Positions 26,706 to 41,437 of a stretch of 64,000 nt of DNA are shown piece by piece. Made by a program: the position numbers and the translations under genes. The number at the start of each line of letters is the position of its first letter. The stretch's first letter is position 1. Source of the DNA: the human T2T-CHM13v2.0 reference genome, Homo sapiens; the NCBI RefSeq assembly GCF_009914755.1, contig NC_060928.1, one strand, 5' to 3'. The notes below the pieces were generated by a model. That model worked only from the letters and a program-made list of their open reading frames with translations. It did no database searches and was not told where the DNA came from.

Positions 26706-27737
26706 CAGCTGGCCCTTGAACTACACAGGTTTGAACCATCCAGGTCCACTTACATGTGGATTTTTTTCAATAAATATATTTTTTGTAGATTTGTGACAAT
26801 TTGAAAAAACTTGCAGATGAACCACGTATCCCAAAAATATAGAAAATTTAGAAAAAGTTAAGTATGTTGTGAATGTATAGAATACATGTAGATACTAGTC
26901 TATTTTATCATTTATTACCAGAAAATATACACAAACCTATAATAAAAATTTAAAATTTATCAAAACTTACACAAACACTTACAGACCATACATGGCGCCA
27001 TTCACAGTCAAGAGAAATGTAGATAAATGTAAGGATGCAGTATTAGATCATAACTGCATAAAATTAACTGTAGCACATACTATATGTACTACTGTAATAA
27101 TTTTGTAGCCACTGCTGGCTGCTATTACAGTGAGCTCAATTGTTGTGAGTATCCACTCTAAATGCCTTGTGACGCTAATCAACTCCACATGAACAGCTCA
27201 TTTCTCCAGCATTTTGCTTATTGCAGTAAATAGTGATAGTGTGTGGTTCTCAAGTATTTTACATCATGTTAAGTGCAATACCCTAAATCTTGAATAACAC
27301 CAGGGGATCCCATACAAAGGCAGTGCCATTTAGTGATGGTAGAAGGCCTCCCAAGAAGAAAAGTCACAAGCTGACATACAAGAAAACGTCGAATTGCTAG
27401 ATATGGACCATCAATTGAGGTCTGCAGTTGCAGTTGCTGCCATTTTAGATTGACTGTTCATCTTGTAAACTTACAGAATCAATAAATACAGTACAGTACT
27501 GTAAATGTATTTTCTTTTCCTTATGATTTTCTTATAACATTTTCTTTTCTCTTGCTAACTTTATTTTCAGAATACAGTGTATAATACATACGACTACAAA
27601 ACGTGTTAATTGACTGTTTAGGTTATTGGTAAAGCTTCTGGTCAACAGTAGGTTATTAAGTTTTGGGAAAGTCAAAAGTTTGACTGCACTGGGGTTTGTT
27701 TGTTCCGCTAAGCCCTGCATTATTCAAGGGTCAACTG
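26706..27737 (+). mobile_element. Tigger2-derived non-autonomous DNA transposon (Tigger2b-like)
   Basis: TIRs cagctggcccttgaa / ttcaagggtcaactg with TA target duplication on both sides; ~1.03 kb. Confidence 0.9.
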
Positions 27738-28904
27738 TAGCAGGAACTGCTGTTCCCATTGCATAATAGGAATTATTAATGTCCCATATTACAGAGGAGG
27801 GAAGGAGGGTGAGAGTGGCTAAATCACTTGCCCAGGTTCTCGCCTATTCAGAAGTAGAACCAGGATCTCCCAAGTTCCAGTGGGAGATCTCGTCACCGAT
27901 GAAGCCCCTTTTGCACCGTGCAGGAATATACCTAGGCAGAGTGAAAAGCTCAAGAGTTTTGCTGTTAGACCTGGATCAAATTCCAGCTTTGCCATATCCC
28001 AAGGAGTCCTAGTTTTCCTGTCTTTAAAATGGCAACAACAACAAAATCTGTCTCACAAGTTTCTGGGAGGGGTGAAATGAAATGAACTAGGATAGAAAGC
28101 CCTGGCAGGCATGCAACAGAGACTTGGTCAGGTAACCTTGGTTCTTTCCCACAGTCTGGCTCTCCTTTTTGCCCCCTGGATTGGCCACACCTGCTCTCAC
28201 CTCTGAGCCCTTGCTCATGCTGTTCTCTCTGGTTATAAATCCCTCCCTGTCTCCTCCTCTTATCTCACTCAAAACCCAGCTGAGATTTCAGCATTTCCAT
28301 GCAGACTCCTCCCTTATACCTGTTCTTCTTTCCGCACTTGGGACTCTGCCAGCACTTGGCATTTAATCAGCCACAGTGGATTTAAGTGTTTCACTTGTGA
28401 GTGGCTTATCTCCCACATTACACTAGATATTCCTTGAGGGCACTGACCAGCCTCCTGCATCCGTCCGTCAGCTTGGCCCAGCCACAGCTCTGTCTCTTCT
28501 TGGTGAGTGGCTCTGGGCACTTGCCCCTTCCCATCACTGTGCCTAATCCCTCTCCTGTACACGGTGGGGACCACTGGAGGAGCTCTGGAGACTCCCTCTT
28601 GTGAACATTAGGTGAGTAAGTGAAACTGGGCTGAGTCTACAATAGGAAGTGACCAGCAGGAACTGGTTGGGTTTTCCAGTAACCCCTATGGACCAGACAT
28701 TGCACCCAGTACCTTGGAACTTCTCTAGTTGTCAGAAAGGCCCTAGGACATTGTGTGTTTATAGCTTAAGAATGTGAACTTTAAAGGGATACATAACTTA
28801 ATTGGCAATAATTGGTTGAGAATGATTTCTTACTGATGATCACATATTTTTTACGCCATGCACTGTGCCGGGAATTCAGAGAGATATATAAGGCAGACAT
28901 GGCT

Positions 28905-29208
28905 ATCATAGGTACAAATGGTTGGGGCCGACTTCGCAGGTGGTAAAAAAATTTACCAAGACAGTTATAGGTAAAGAAAGGCAGATTTATTAGACAAAGT
29001 ATGAAAATATGTTGCAAGGTTGCAACAGGCAGCAACAGCAGAGAAGGGGCTGTGTGTAAAGAGGCAGGGGCTGGAGGGAGCTAATTTCGGTGGGTTGTTT
29101 GTGATTAGCCATCTCTCAAATAACAATTGTTCATTTTTCTTCCCCACGTGGGGCCCTGCCCTACCTGGGGCCCCTTCCTAGTGACTGCTTACTTACCAGG
29201 ACTCCAAA
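28905..29208 (-). mobile_element. ERV1 LTR (MER83/84-like, uncertain)
   Basis: gaaaggcagatttatt (AATAAA on minus); minus-strand start tggagtcctggtaagtaagca. Confidence 0.5.
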
Positions 29209-29507
29209 ATGGTCCCCAGCTTGCTTCAGAGAGCTCACAGCCAAGATGACAAGTGAGACCATCAACCATCAGTCCACTACCACCCTCATATCATTGTTTT
29301 ATATGTATGAGAACCACCATCATCATGGCAGTTACCTCCAATTCAGCACCTTTTACAGATCATCACCAGGTAATTCTACATGCACTACCTCATTTATTCC
29401 TCAAAACATCCTGAAGAAGGGGAATTATCCTTCACTGATATTCTCCAAGTGCCTGGGGCAGTGTGTGGCACATTACAGAGGGTAACTAAATTTTAATTGA
29501 ATGACTT

Positions 29508-30289
29508 TGTTACAGGCAGTTAGACAGGCACAAGCCGCGCAGGAGAGGGCTCTCCCACCATCCACTAGGAATGTTGGGTGATGGTTTGGTAATGATCACA
29601 TTCCCTCTCTAAAATTTATAAACTCGCAGCCAACACCAGAGACAGAGATCATTTCCTGATGATCCACACCTTTTGCACCAAAGTGTTAATTGAATGCAGG
29701 TGCCGGGGGAGACTGAGGCAGAAGAATCGCTTGAACCCAGAAGGTGGAGGTTGCAGTGAGCAGAGATCGCGCCACTGCCCTCCAACCAGGGTGACAGAGC
29801 GAGACTCCGTCTCAAAAAAAAGAAAAAAAGAAAAGAAAGAAAGAAAAGAAAAGAGACAAAATGGCAGAGTCTGACCTTCGGACCTTCGGGGCACTCTGCT
29901 GGAAAAGCGATGATGGGCATGTGCACCACTTCCTAAACACATTGCGCATGCTCACCTCCGGAGGGTAAGGAAGGCGCGGTGGGTGCGGGCAGCCCACCCC
30001 AAGGGAAGAATCATGGGAAAAGGGCCAGCCTATAAAGTCCTAGGATCATCGCACTTGTCCTCGGTGCCCACTTGGGTCTCTTCCAAGTGTACTTTCCTTT
30101 CCTTTCTTTCCTGTTCTAAAGCATTTAAAGAAACTTTTACTCCTGCTCTGAAACTTGCCTTGGGCTCCTTTTCTGCCTTATGCCCCTCTGTCAAATTCTT
30201 TCTCCTGAAGAGGCAAGAATTGAGGTTGTTGCAGACCCATACGGATTCACCACCCGGTACCTTCCATGGGATACTTTACGCTGGTAACA
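29508..30289 (+). mobile_element. LTR9-like ERV1 solo LTR containing an Alu fragment
   Basis: TGTTACAGGCAGTTAGACAGGCA start, cctataaagtcctagg TATA, end ctggtaaCA. Confidence 0.72.
29704..29853 (+). mobile_element. AluS right arm only, (AAAG)n tail
   Basis: gagactgaggcagaagaatcgcttgaaccc...gagcgagactccgtctc + A-rich tail. Confidence 0.92.
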
Positions 30290-31101
30290 TGTTCCCATTT
30301 CACAAATAAGGTTCATGGAGGTTTGCCCAAATGCATGGGAAATGTGAGGCTGGGACCCAAGGTGTGAGTGCATTTTGCTCCTTCAAGTTACTGGTAACTT
30401 GGTTGGTAAAAGAAATACTAATTCTTTGCTTTCCTCATTTACCCTCACTCCCTTCCCTAAGTTACTATGTTCCCGGTTTTGCTTCCAGCAGCTTCTCACT
30501 CAGCTGCCATGCATTGACTTCCCTGTTGATCCAGCCTACTGCGGACCCAAATATTCCTGTTGCCAGATAGGAGGGATGAGTAATGGAGACTCCAGTCCTC
30601 AGAGACCTTGATCAAGTAAAGCAAAAACCCCTTCCTCCACTTTCTTTGCAAGTGGCTAAACCCTTAGTCACTCTGGGAAGAAAAGTAAACTGAAAACTTG
30701 AAAAAGTCCCAAGACAGAATCTAACTCCATCCCCTGCCCCAGATAAAAAGCAAGATAGCACAACTATAGCAACCTTTTAAGTCAAATTAAATGAGCTAAT
30801 AAAAATCAGGCCTGTTCAAGTGCCCAATTGATTTAAACATGAAGATTGTCAGTTTCCAGCATCACTGATTCTAATCCAACAACCCTCACCATAGAGGTCT
30901 TCATTCAGCCTGCTGTGTTTGGAGGTTTTGCTTATTGGGTGTGTATCTGTAAGGTAAATCTTGACGATTTCCTTACTACAGACAATTATCTGGCTGGAGA
31001 TGTCATGTTTTAGACCTTGGCCATCTTGTGCAAGTTACAGAAGTTTTGCCAAAGACACTTTGCTTCTATCCGGGTTTATATCCCTGACCATCCACTCAAC
31101 C

Positions 31102-31190
31102 ATCACTTATCCATTCACTCAGCAAGTATGAATCACTTATCCATTCACTCAGCAAGTATGAATCACTTATCCATTCACTCAGCAAGTATG
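31102..31190. repeat. Perfect 3 x 30-bp tandem repeat (atcacttatccattcactcagcaagtatga)
   Basis: Two identical units plus a third lacking only the last base. Confidence 0.97.
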
Positions 31191-31632
31191 CCATGGCTGT
31201 GTGCCAGGCAACACTCTCAGCACAGCATATATGGAGCTCCCTGACTAGTAGAGGGATGTAGAGGATGGACAAGTGATCAGGCAATAAGAGCACAGAGAGA
31301 GCCTGGATCTGTGCCCTCTTGGCCCCTCCAGGTCTGGGCTTCATTAACAATCTCCCCTCTTCTGCAGCATCCTCAGCTTCTCCCTCTCTACCTTCCCCTA
31401 ATACCATAAAACTCATCCACTGGCCTGGCGGTCCCTCCTAGGTATCATCCTACTTTTCTCCTTCCTCATCCAGACTTCTAAACAGAGTAATCTACATCCT
31501 CAATGCCTACCTTACCTTCACTTCACACCTCAACCCCCAGTAATCCATCCACCAAGAGAGTCCCCACAGCAATCCATCCACCAAGAGAGTCATAACTGCT
31601 CTTTCTAAAGTCACCTACAACCTCCTAAGTTC

Positions 31633-32083
31633 TGTGAACCCCCAAAATTTGACACAGGTCTCAGTTAATTTAGAAAGTTCATTTTGGCAACTTTGAGGAT
31701 GCATACCCATGTCACAGCCTCAGAAAGTCCTGATGACGTGAACCCAAGGTGGTCAGGGCACAGCTTGGTTTTATACATTTTAGGGAGATTTGAGACATCA
31801 ATCAGTATATGTAAGAAGTACATTGGTTCTGTCCAGAAAGGCGGGGACAACTCAAAGCAGGGAGGGGGCTTCCAGGTCACAGGTAGGTGACAGACAAATG
31901 GTTGCCTTCTTTTGGGTTTCTGATAAGCCTTTCCAAAGGAGGCCATCAGAATATGCATCTATCTCAATGAGCAGAGGGATGAGTTTGAATAGAACGGGAG
32001 GCAGGTTTGACTGGAGCAGTTTCCAGCTTGAATTTTCCTTTTAGCTTAGTGTTTTTGGGAGCCCAAGATATTTTCCTTTCACA
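31633..32083 (-). mobile_element. MER4A-like solo LTR
   Basis: Minus strand starts TGTGAAAGGAAAATATCTTGGG; ggtcagggcacagcttggttttatacattttaggga motif. Confidence 0.85.
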
Positions 32084-32347
32084 GTCCTAAGAAGCAGATA
32101 CTCTTTGTCTCTTATTTACCACCATATTTAATGCTACTGATCACTCCAGCCTCTGCTCCCAGGAAGCTTCTTTCTTCTTGTCTTCTCAGATCTTTCATTC
32201 CTTGTCTATAGCTTTGTAGATTCTTCTTCCTTTCACTTCTCAGTGCTGGTGCTCCCCAAACAACCCGCCCACTTTTCTAGATGCTCCTTCTCCCTGGGAC
32301 ATCTCATTTACTCTCAGGGTTTTAACTAGAATTTACCTACTGGTAGC

Positions 32348-32647
<300 letters not shown>

Positions 32648-32834
32648 TACTGGTGCCTTTAATATCCAAATCTCCAGACAGAGAACACTCAATATTTGAA
32701 CTCAAATTGAATGCCTGCTAGACATTTACACTTGGATGTTCTATAAGCAACTTAAACCCAACTTGTCCCAAACAAAACTCATCAGTCACCATTCTTTAAA
32801 CCTGTTTTTTTGCTACTTTTGTATTTTTATTTTA

Positions 32835-33212
32835 GTTTTTAAATTTTATTTTTATTTTTATTTATTTATCTTGAGACAAGCTCTGGCTCTGATGCCCAGG
32901 CTCTGGAGTGCAGTGACATGATCTTGACTGACTGCAACCTCTGCCTCCCGGGCTCAAGCCATCCTTCCACCTCAGCTTTGCAAGTAGCTGGGACTACTGG
33001 CATGTGCCACCAACCCTGGCTAATTTCTGTGTGTGTGTGTGTGTGTGTATATATATTTTGTTTGTTTGTTTGTTTGTTTGTTTGTTTGTTTTTGTAGAGA
33101 CATGGTTTCACCAAGTTGCCCAGGCTGGTCTCAAACTTGTGAGCTGAAGAGATCTGCCTGCCTTGGCTTTCCAAAGTGCTGGAATTACAGGCATAAGCCA
33201 CCACGCTCGGCC
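32835..33212 (-). mobile_element. AluJ with (GT)n(GTTT)n expanded central linker
   Basis: Both arms; microsatellite at 33028-33093. Confidence 0.92.
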
Positions 33213-33689
33213 CTGTATTTTTATTTTTAATCTCAGTTATTGGCACTAAAATTCAGTTGATTATCCAAATATGAAGCCTGGCTTTTGTCTTCACTATGAC
33301 CTCTCAATTTTTCAAAAAAATCAAAGTTGAATCTAATTTGTGTCCTTTCTGTTACTTCCTTTTCAGCTCCTTCTCATCTCTCACCTGGGTAAGTTCTATC
33401 TCCTTCCACCTTATGCCCTTTTCAGCCTTACCATCTCCCACCTTGGCCCTTATTTCCGTGGTTCAGTTGGTCTCCCAGGCTCATCCCTCATGGCCCACAG
33501 CTCTGTCTACTGAATTGCTGCCAGAGAGGTCTTTATTAAAATCCATATCTGACCATGTTGCCTCCATACCTAAAACCCCTCAATGGAGCCTGGACACGGA
33601 TAGGATAAAATATCAACTCCTTAACCACGTGTGCTGGGTATCCTCCACCTGCCTTTCTGGACTCACTCACCACCTTTCTCGTCCTTCTC

Positions 33690-34170
33690 CGACCTGGAAG
33701 GCTGACCTCCACCTACTGCCTCAGCTGAGCCTTCTTCCTTCTGGATGGGTTTGGCCATTGGGAGGCATGAGAAAGATGTCAGAATGCAGGAGAGAAAAAT
33801 AGCTGGGATATTTACTCTCTTGCCTCCATTTCAACCCAGCTGCAGGCTTCTCTACCAGAAGCTCCAGCTCCAGTGGTGTGTGGTGGTGGTAGCAGGAGGG
33901 GGTCCCTAGTGTTAAAGCCACAGCCACCGTTCTTTCTTGAGTTCTGGTCTCCCTCTTTGCCTCTTTTAGCCTACGGGAGGTGGTGGCTCTTGGACTTGCA
34001 GTTGCTAGCCCAGGTGTCTCGTAACCCATTGTTGGTTTCCCTTAACTCTGCCCGCATCCTTGCTAACAGGCCCCCCATTAATACTCCTCAGCCACTCTGT
34101 ATGTTGTGCCTGCTACCTGCTAAGACTCTCATCTTTGTGCTCCCCCATTCTATCCTCAGGCATTGCATCC
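33690..34170. mobile_element. LTR33-like ERVL LTR
   Basis: gggtttggccattgggaggcat...ggagagaaaatagctgggatatttact motif. Confidence 0.45.
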
Positions 34171-34889
34171 CAGCAGCACCGCACTGCTTCTGCTTGGTTT
34201 CTCCACAGGAGCCTTGCTTTTCCTCACCTCCAAGCCTTTGCCCAGGCTAGCCCTCTGCCTACAGCACCCTTCCCATTCCTCCTTACATGGTCTAATGACC
34301 CTCTGAAGCGTCATCTCTTAAAAGGCTTCTGTCTGTCCCAGGCTAGGTGTAGGTCTCTGCCCACTTTCATTGCATCTGACACATTCCTGTTAAATCATTC
34401 CCTTCTCTTAGCACTTAGGAGCACAAAATTTAATGATAGGTTGCCTGTGTTCAAACTCTGGTCCTGCCTCAGTTTTCCCCTCTAAAAAGGAAAAATCCCT
34501 ACCTCATAGGATCATGGTAGTTCATAAATGAAACCATGTGCGCTGAGTACGTAACACAGTGCTGGACATATAGAAACACTTGGCAACTGTGAGCTTTCAG
34601 TCTCTGAAACACACTAGCTTTTTAATCTTTATTTATTTAGCATAGATTTCGCTTAGAAATCATCCCAGCTAACTCATTCATGTTTTTTAGCCAGTACCTA
34701 TGAGTGAGTACATCCATTGCTTCCAGTCTTTGGTACTGTAAATAATAAAATAAAAGCTAAAAAAAAAAAAACAGAAGAAAAACAATGTCATCATGAACAT
34801 CTTTACACACACATCTTTGTGATGTGCAAATATATGTAGCATAAATCTCTGGAAATGACTGTGATTTTATTTTTAAAATTTAATTAATA

Positions 34890-35206
34890 ATTAATTTAAA
34901 TTATTTATTTATTTTTTGAGACAGGGTCTTGTGCTGCCACCCAGGCTGGAGTGCAGTGGCAGCACAATCATAACTTACTCTGCAGCTTCTAACTCCTGGG
35001 CTCAAGCAATCCTCTTGCCTCACCCTCCTGAGTAGATGGGACTACAGGTGTGTGCCACCATGCCTGGCTAATTTTTTGTACTTTTTGTAGAGATGAGGTT
35101 TCACCATGTTTCCCAGGATAGTCTTAAACTCCTGGGCTCAGAACAATCCACCCGCCTCAGCTTCCCAAAGTGCTGAGATTACAGGCATGAGCCACCACTC
35201 CCGGCC
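34890..35206 (-). mobile_element. AluJ full length
   Basis: Both arms; flanks gactgtgatttta / gattgtgatttta. Confidence 0.92.
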
Positions 35207-35850
35207 TGGATTGTGATTTTAAACTCAGAGAGCTATTGACAGATTCTTCTGAAAATGGGTTGTCCTCATTTGCATTCTCCCCACTAGTGTGGCTTCTCTC
35301 TCTGTAGTCTACACTCATGCCTTCCCTCATGACTTAAAGAATATTTTCGTCCAGAAAAGATCGTATTCATTAAACAAGCTAAACTAAAGCAGCAATGCTC
35401 AGAGTGCCCGTCACTGCCTTGCGGACTCTCAGATCCATCGCCCCACACTCCCCACTGGTCTATATGGGGTTGAGGTGAGGCTGTGGATGCAGACTCATTT
35501 CCCAGGCTCCCCTGCTCATTGCTTCTGATGAGATGTGGCCAGTAGGAGCAGAGGAAGGGAAGAAGCCAAGACATTGCTTCTCTCTGTTTCTGGTGGCATT
35601 TTCAGCAGTCACTGTGACTCCAGTGTCCCTGAAGTGGTTGCTCTCTCCAGGGTTCCATTGCAGCTGCAGGCTTGCCAAAGTTTCCTGGCTCCAGCTGGGT
35701 GCCCTGGCCCCCGGGCTTTGGCAACCCCGCCTCCACCATTTGTCATTCCAGCCATGGGGCTTCCCGTGGGAAGCTTCTGGCTGTTGGATTGCTCCATTGT
35801 GCCCAGGTTGCCCTTTTAGCTTTTCCAATATCTTTGTAACTGGTTTTCCA

Positions 35851-36161
35851 TTTTATTTTTATTTAATTAATTTATTTATTTGAGATGGAGTTCCACTCTT
35901 GTCCCCCAGGCTGGAGTGCAATGGTATGGTCTCGGCCCACTTAAACTCCACCTCTCGGGTTTAAGAGATTCTCCAGCCTCAGCTTCCCGAGTAGCTAGGA
36001 TTACAGGTGCCCGCCACCACGCCCAGCTAATGTTTGTATTTTTAGTAGAGACGGGGTTTCACCATGTTGGCCAGGCTGATCTGGAAAACCTGACCTCAGG
36101 TGATCCACCCACCTTGGCCTCCCAAAGCTGGGATTACAGGGGTGAGCCACCACACCCAGCC
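35851..36161 (-). mobile_element. AluS full length
   Basis: Both arms; TSD ctggttttccatttt / ctggtttcccatttt. Confidence 0.95.
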
Positions 36162-36607
36162 TGGTTTCCCATTTTTAATCACCTCTGTTGAACTATCTAT
36201 TTCAGTTTTGTCTCATTCCCTCACCTCTTCTTAACTGGACACTGACCCGGGGTTGACAAGACCGAGGAGAAATGGCCACATTCTTATACTGTTGGTGGGA
36301 ATGGAAATTGTTGCAGAATTTTTTGGCAGGCAGTTTGGCAGTCCATACCAAAAGTTTTAAACATGTGTACTCTTGCCTTATCTTTGAGAGATACGTGTTA
36401 AATACTCATGAATGAAATGACATGCTGTCTGGAATTTGTTTCAAAACAATCCAGGGAGTGGGGATAAGTAGGATCTCGCATAGATGCAACAAGATGGGCC
36501 ACGAGCTGACAGTTGTTTGAGCTGGATGACGGATACGTTGGCACTCATTACTCTGGTCCTCTTTACTTATAAATGTTTGACTTCTTCAATAATAAAAACT
36601 ATTTTCT

Positions 36608-36906
36608 GGCCAGGTACAGTATCTGATGCCTGTAATCCCAGCTCTTTGGGAGGCCTAGGCGGTAGGGTTGCTTGAGGCCAGGAGTTTGAGACCACCCTGG
36701 GCAACACAGTGAGACCCCATCTCTACAAAAAATAAAAAAAATTAACCAGATGTGGTGGTGCAGGCCTGTAGTCCTAGCTACTCAGGAGGCTGAGGCAGGA
36801 GGATCACCTGAGCCCAGGAGTTAGAAGCTGCAGTGAGCTATGATAGTGCCACAGCTGCACTCCAGGCTGGGTGACAGAGTGAGACCCTGTCTCAAAAAAA
36901 AAAAAA
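36608..36906 (+). mobile_element. AluJ full length
   Basis: Both arms, polyA tail. Confidence 0.93.
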
Positions 36907-37363
36907 ATTCCCAAAACCCCCTGATTTCCAAAAGCAAAATCTTGGACCTTGGAGAATGATTTAAAAAAACAAATTCTCTTCAAGGATGGGTTTTAACGGC
37001 GTTGTTTATAATAACAAACAATTGACAACATTCTGATTTTCCAGCAGTGGGATGGTCCTGTCATAACTTACAATATATCCACACACAAAACACGATTCCG
37101 ACTTGAAAAGATGTTGCAGCATTCGTGATTTTTTTTTTGGATTTGTGATATTTTAAGTGAAAGAAAAGATATCAGCCTGTGATATTACCATCCAATTAAA
37201 AGATTTGTGTATGTGTCTAAGGAGGATTTGTGCCCAAGCGCGAAGGGTGGTGCCTTCGAATGGGCGGGCCTGTGCTCTTTCTTCCTTTGACTTGTTTGTG
37301 CTCTCTGGTTGGTTTGTTGTTATGTACAATCATTACTTTCAAATTCTAAAAAAAAAAAAATGA

Positions 37364-37703
<340 letters not shown>

Positions 37704-38124
37704 TCAATGTCTCTTTTCAAAGGGGCAGGGCCCTGGTTGACGATGTGCATGTATTGGGGTAGGGAAGCCAGTGGGTCCCACCTTGGCTTCTTTTTAGTAA
37801 ATGTCAGTTGTCTGCTCAACTTTTCCAGGCAAGGCTTAGGAAAAAAATGGGCATAGGCTAGGGACAGAGGGAGGGAAGAGAAAAAGGAGTACTAAAGAAG
37901 ATGGGGTGGCCACAACATCTTCCACACAACAAAGTGGCTAAACACAGATGCCACAATCAAGAGTGTGGGTGAGGGTGTGCAGTTGACAGTGGGAGGTGCT
38001 GCCTGGCATGGCCCCTTCCCATGCCCCCAGCCATCCTGGCCTTGTTCCCTCTTGCATGTTTATGTCTATTGGACTACGTGGTCCTCCCTCCTGGACGCTG
38101 CCTCTGTTTTGCCTTTGCATTTGA

Positions 38125-38465
<341 letters not shown>

Positions 38466-38989
38466 CAGGATGTCAATGTCTCTTGATGATCCTTTTCAAT
38501 ATCTGCTTTTCCACCTGCTGACCCATTTTTGGCAACGTGGTCTAATAATAAGGATAAATAACCGAGCACTGGGCTATGTCCCAGAAATGTTGTCAGGAGC
38601 TTCATAAACACCATCTCACCGAATCCTCCCTGCACTCTGCCGTGGTGATAACATTCCCCCAAAGCACAGACAAGAAGGCTAAGACAATCAGAGAAATGAA
38701 ATGACTGTCTGAGGCCTCCCCAGACAGTGGGAGGCAGAATGAATTTGAAACCCAGGGCTCTGCTCATTCCACTGCCTGGGGCTGCCTCCCCGGCAGACTC
38801 CTCTGCTCCAGTATGAGTGCTTGAGAGCACAGCTGCCCGGGGAGGTTCCAGGCTCTGCTCTTACTAACTCTGTGACCCTGGAAAGTGACAAAACTCCTTA
38901 CACTCCCTGGACAGTCTTGACAATAGGGTGGTCGTGAAGATGAAAGAGCTTATGCAGGGAAAGCAGTTTGAACAGTGCCCAGAGGAGTG

Positions 38990-39160
38990 GACCTCCACTT
39001 TGGGTGTCCAGTGCGATCGCTCGGAGTGCTTTAAAAATTCCTGAGCTGTCCACCCCTACAATTCTGATGGGACTGCTCTGGGGTGCAGCCTGGGCATCAG
39101 GATTTTCTAAAGCTCCCCAGGTGATTCTAACCTGTAACCAGGGCTGGGAACCACTGCCTC
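38990..39160. mobile_element. MER5A-like hAT MITE
   Basis: ctggggtgcagcctgggcatcaggattttctaaagctccccaggtgattctaa...gggctgggaaccactg. Confidence 0.75.
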
Positions 39161-40012
39161 TAGCATGCAGGAAGCACCTAATAAATGTTGGCTAGAACTC
39201 TTTTGTCCTGTCTGGCCCCCACACCTGCTTCTGCTCTGAAGCCATGACCACTCCCCTCCCCACCCTTGCCCTGCCTGGTTTCCCAGCGACTAAGGGGTTG
39301 GCTTTGGGCTTTTCCAACAACATGGGCACATATGCCAGGATGGTCCATCTGGGTCCTTGGATTCCTGCCGTTGCAAAACCCCAGCCTACCCTGGGGCTAC
39401 CAATGTTTGGCTTAGAGCAAGCTTCATACTCAGTCCAGGAAAGACAATTCCAGGAACTGAATTCACAGTTGTGTTAATGGGAGTGGGTGTAGAAGGAGGT
39501 GGCACTTTCAGCTTTGAGGGGCCCTAGATAACTCTGGGACTCTCCTATGACATCACTCACCTTGGCTACTTTCAATGGGAGGGGGCTGTTGCTTTACTTC
39601 GGAAGCTAGTGCTGACAGCATTTGGTAGCAAATGTGCCACTACTAAATCACATTGTGCCTGGCAGTCAGGTTCTGGAGGCAGTGCTTATGTTTGTAAAAT
39701 TTATTTTAGTCAAAATCACATTTGACAACCTTTCTTTTGTTGGGTACCAGATAAAGGCATTGGTTTGCATTTAGAGCAAAAATAAAATACCTATTTTTAA
39801 ACACTGGAAGACCAGAGACAGACAGAAAAGAAGCAAACTCCCATCCGCTATCTTAAGTACACCCCGGGCACATTTTCACTGCATCCAAGGGTGGATTAAG
39901 TTGCTTACAGTATTCATGTCTTTACACTTCTCTCTTTCCCCCTCCACAGCAGGACACATATTGTTGAAGGAGCCTAAGTGAATTGTGAATGTGCTACAAC
40001 TTCACCGTAGTC

Positions 40013-40225
40013 CAGTTGTTCTCCACTGTGGGTAACTTCATCTCCAGGAGGCATTTAGCAACTTCTGGACATATTTTTGGTTGTCATAACAGGGGGAAGG
40101 TTGCTACAGTCATCTAGGTACTAGGGCCAGGGATGCTACTCCACAGCCAAGTATGCACAGGGCTGTTCCCTACTCCAGGGAATTATCAGCCCAAACTCTC
40201 AACTTTGTCGAGGTTGAGAAACGCT
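40013..40225. mobile_element. MER20 hAT MITE
   Basis: cagttgttctc...catatttttggttgtcataac...ggccagggatgct...gaggttgagaaac. Confidence 0.8.
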
Positions 40226-41074
40226 TCGGTAACCTCTGAGGTTTATTGAGCAGCTGCCATGCACTGCGTGGGTGCTAAGAATAGAGTAGGAAGCGAAGCA
40301 GATCCATTCTCTGCTCACCCAGCGCCCACAGCAAGTGGCATCCTGATTCTTATCAGTGGCTCCCCTGAGCACCAAGATCTAAGAGCAGTGAAGGTAGGGG
40401 CTGCTGTACCCACAGGAGGGTCTCCAGGACAACCAGCCACCCAGGAGCCTGAGCAGGAGGAGCCTGTAGGAAGTGAGCTGGAAGTCAGGTTAAGAAAGTC
40501 GCAGAGGCTACTCATAGGCGCCAGCTTTGTCTCCATCTTCCTCCTTCGTCATGCAAAGTGCTTCTGTGAACTTCATGAGCATGGGGTTCTTAAGGCCCAT
40601 TGGGTAGAGGCTTTAGGAACCCCATGATCATGCTGCACACAGCCAGGCTCCATCTCACAGGCAGGTCCTTGGCATGGCCTATCTTGAGTCTGGTGTAGCT
40701 TTTTTTCAAAAATTGCCTTCTTATCTCCTGTCTCAGCTAATTGGTTCCTTCATTCACTTACTTATAACAAAAATTTAATGAGAATACATATGTGTAAGGA
40801 CCTAGATTTAGGTTTTAATTATGAATAGTTCTTATTGGATGCATATTCCAGACCCATTTTAGAAATGGAAAATGTGAGATGAAATAACTTGTTACAGGTC
40901 ACTTTTCTTTTACTCTGGAGCCCGTAATCATTGCCCCTGCAGTGATTTCTCTCCTTCTCTTTCATATACTCAACCAATATTTATGGAGGATCCACTGTGT
41001 GCTGGGCATGCACTGAGCACCAGGGCTATGATGGTGGACAAGACAGATTTCATTTCTGCTGTTATTACCTACAT

Positions 41075-41437
41075 TGTATTAGTCTGTTCTCTTGCTGCTA
41101 ATAAAGATATACCTGAGGCTGGGTAATTTATAAAGGAAAGAAATCTAATGGAATCACAGTTCCACATAGCTAGGGAGGGCTCCCAATCATGGCAGAAGGC
41201 AAATGAGGAGCAAAGTTATCTCTTATTTGACTGCAGGCAAGAGAGAGCTTGCGGAGGGGAACTACCCTTTATGAAATCATGAGATGTCATCAGACTTACT
41301 ATCATGAGAACAGCATGGGAAACACCTGCCCCTCATGATTCAATTACCTCCCACTGGGTCCCTCTCATGATGTGTGGGAATTATGGGAGCTACAATTCAA
41401 GATAAGATTTGGGTGGGGACACAGCCAAACCATATCA
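41075..41437 (-). mobile_element. THE1 (THE1B-like) solo LTR
   Basis: tgtattagtctgttctc...gggtggggacacagccaaaccatatca; TSD tacat/cacat. Confidence 0.92.

Noticed and set aside
31102-31190. CRISPR-like periodicity here and at 26635-26698
   Set aside because: Head-to-tail units without unique spacers, in eukaryotic DNA with no cas genes.
33296-34485. 168-, 125- and 141-aa ORFs
   Set aside because: They lie in decayed L2/LTR sequence; low-complexity Leu/Ser/Pro composition, no homology recognised.
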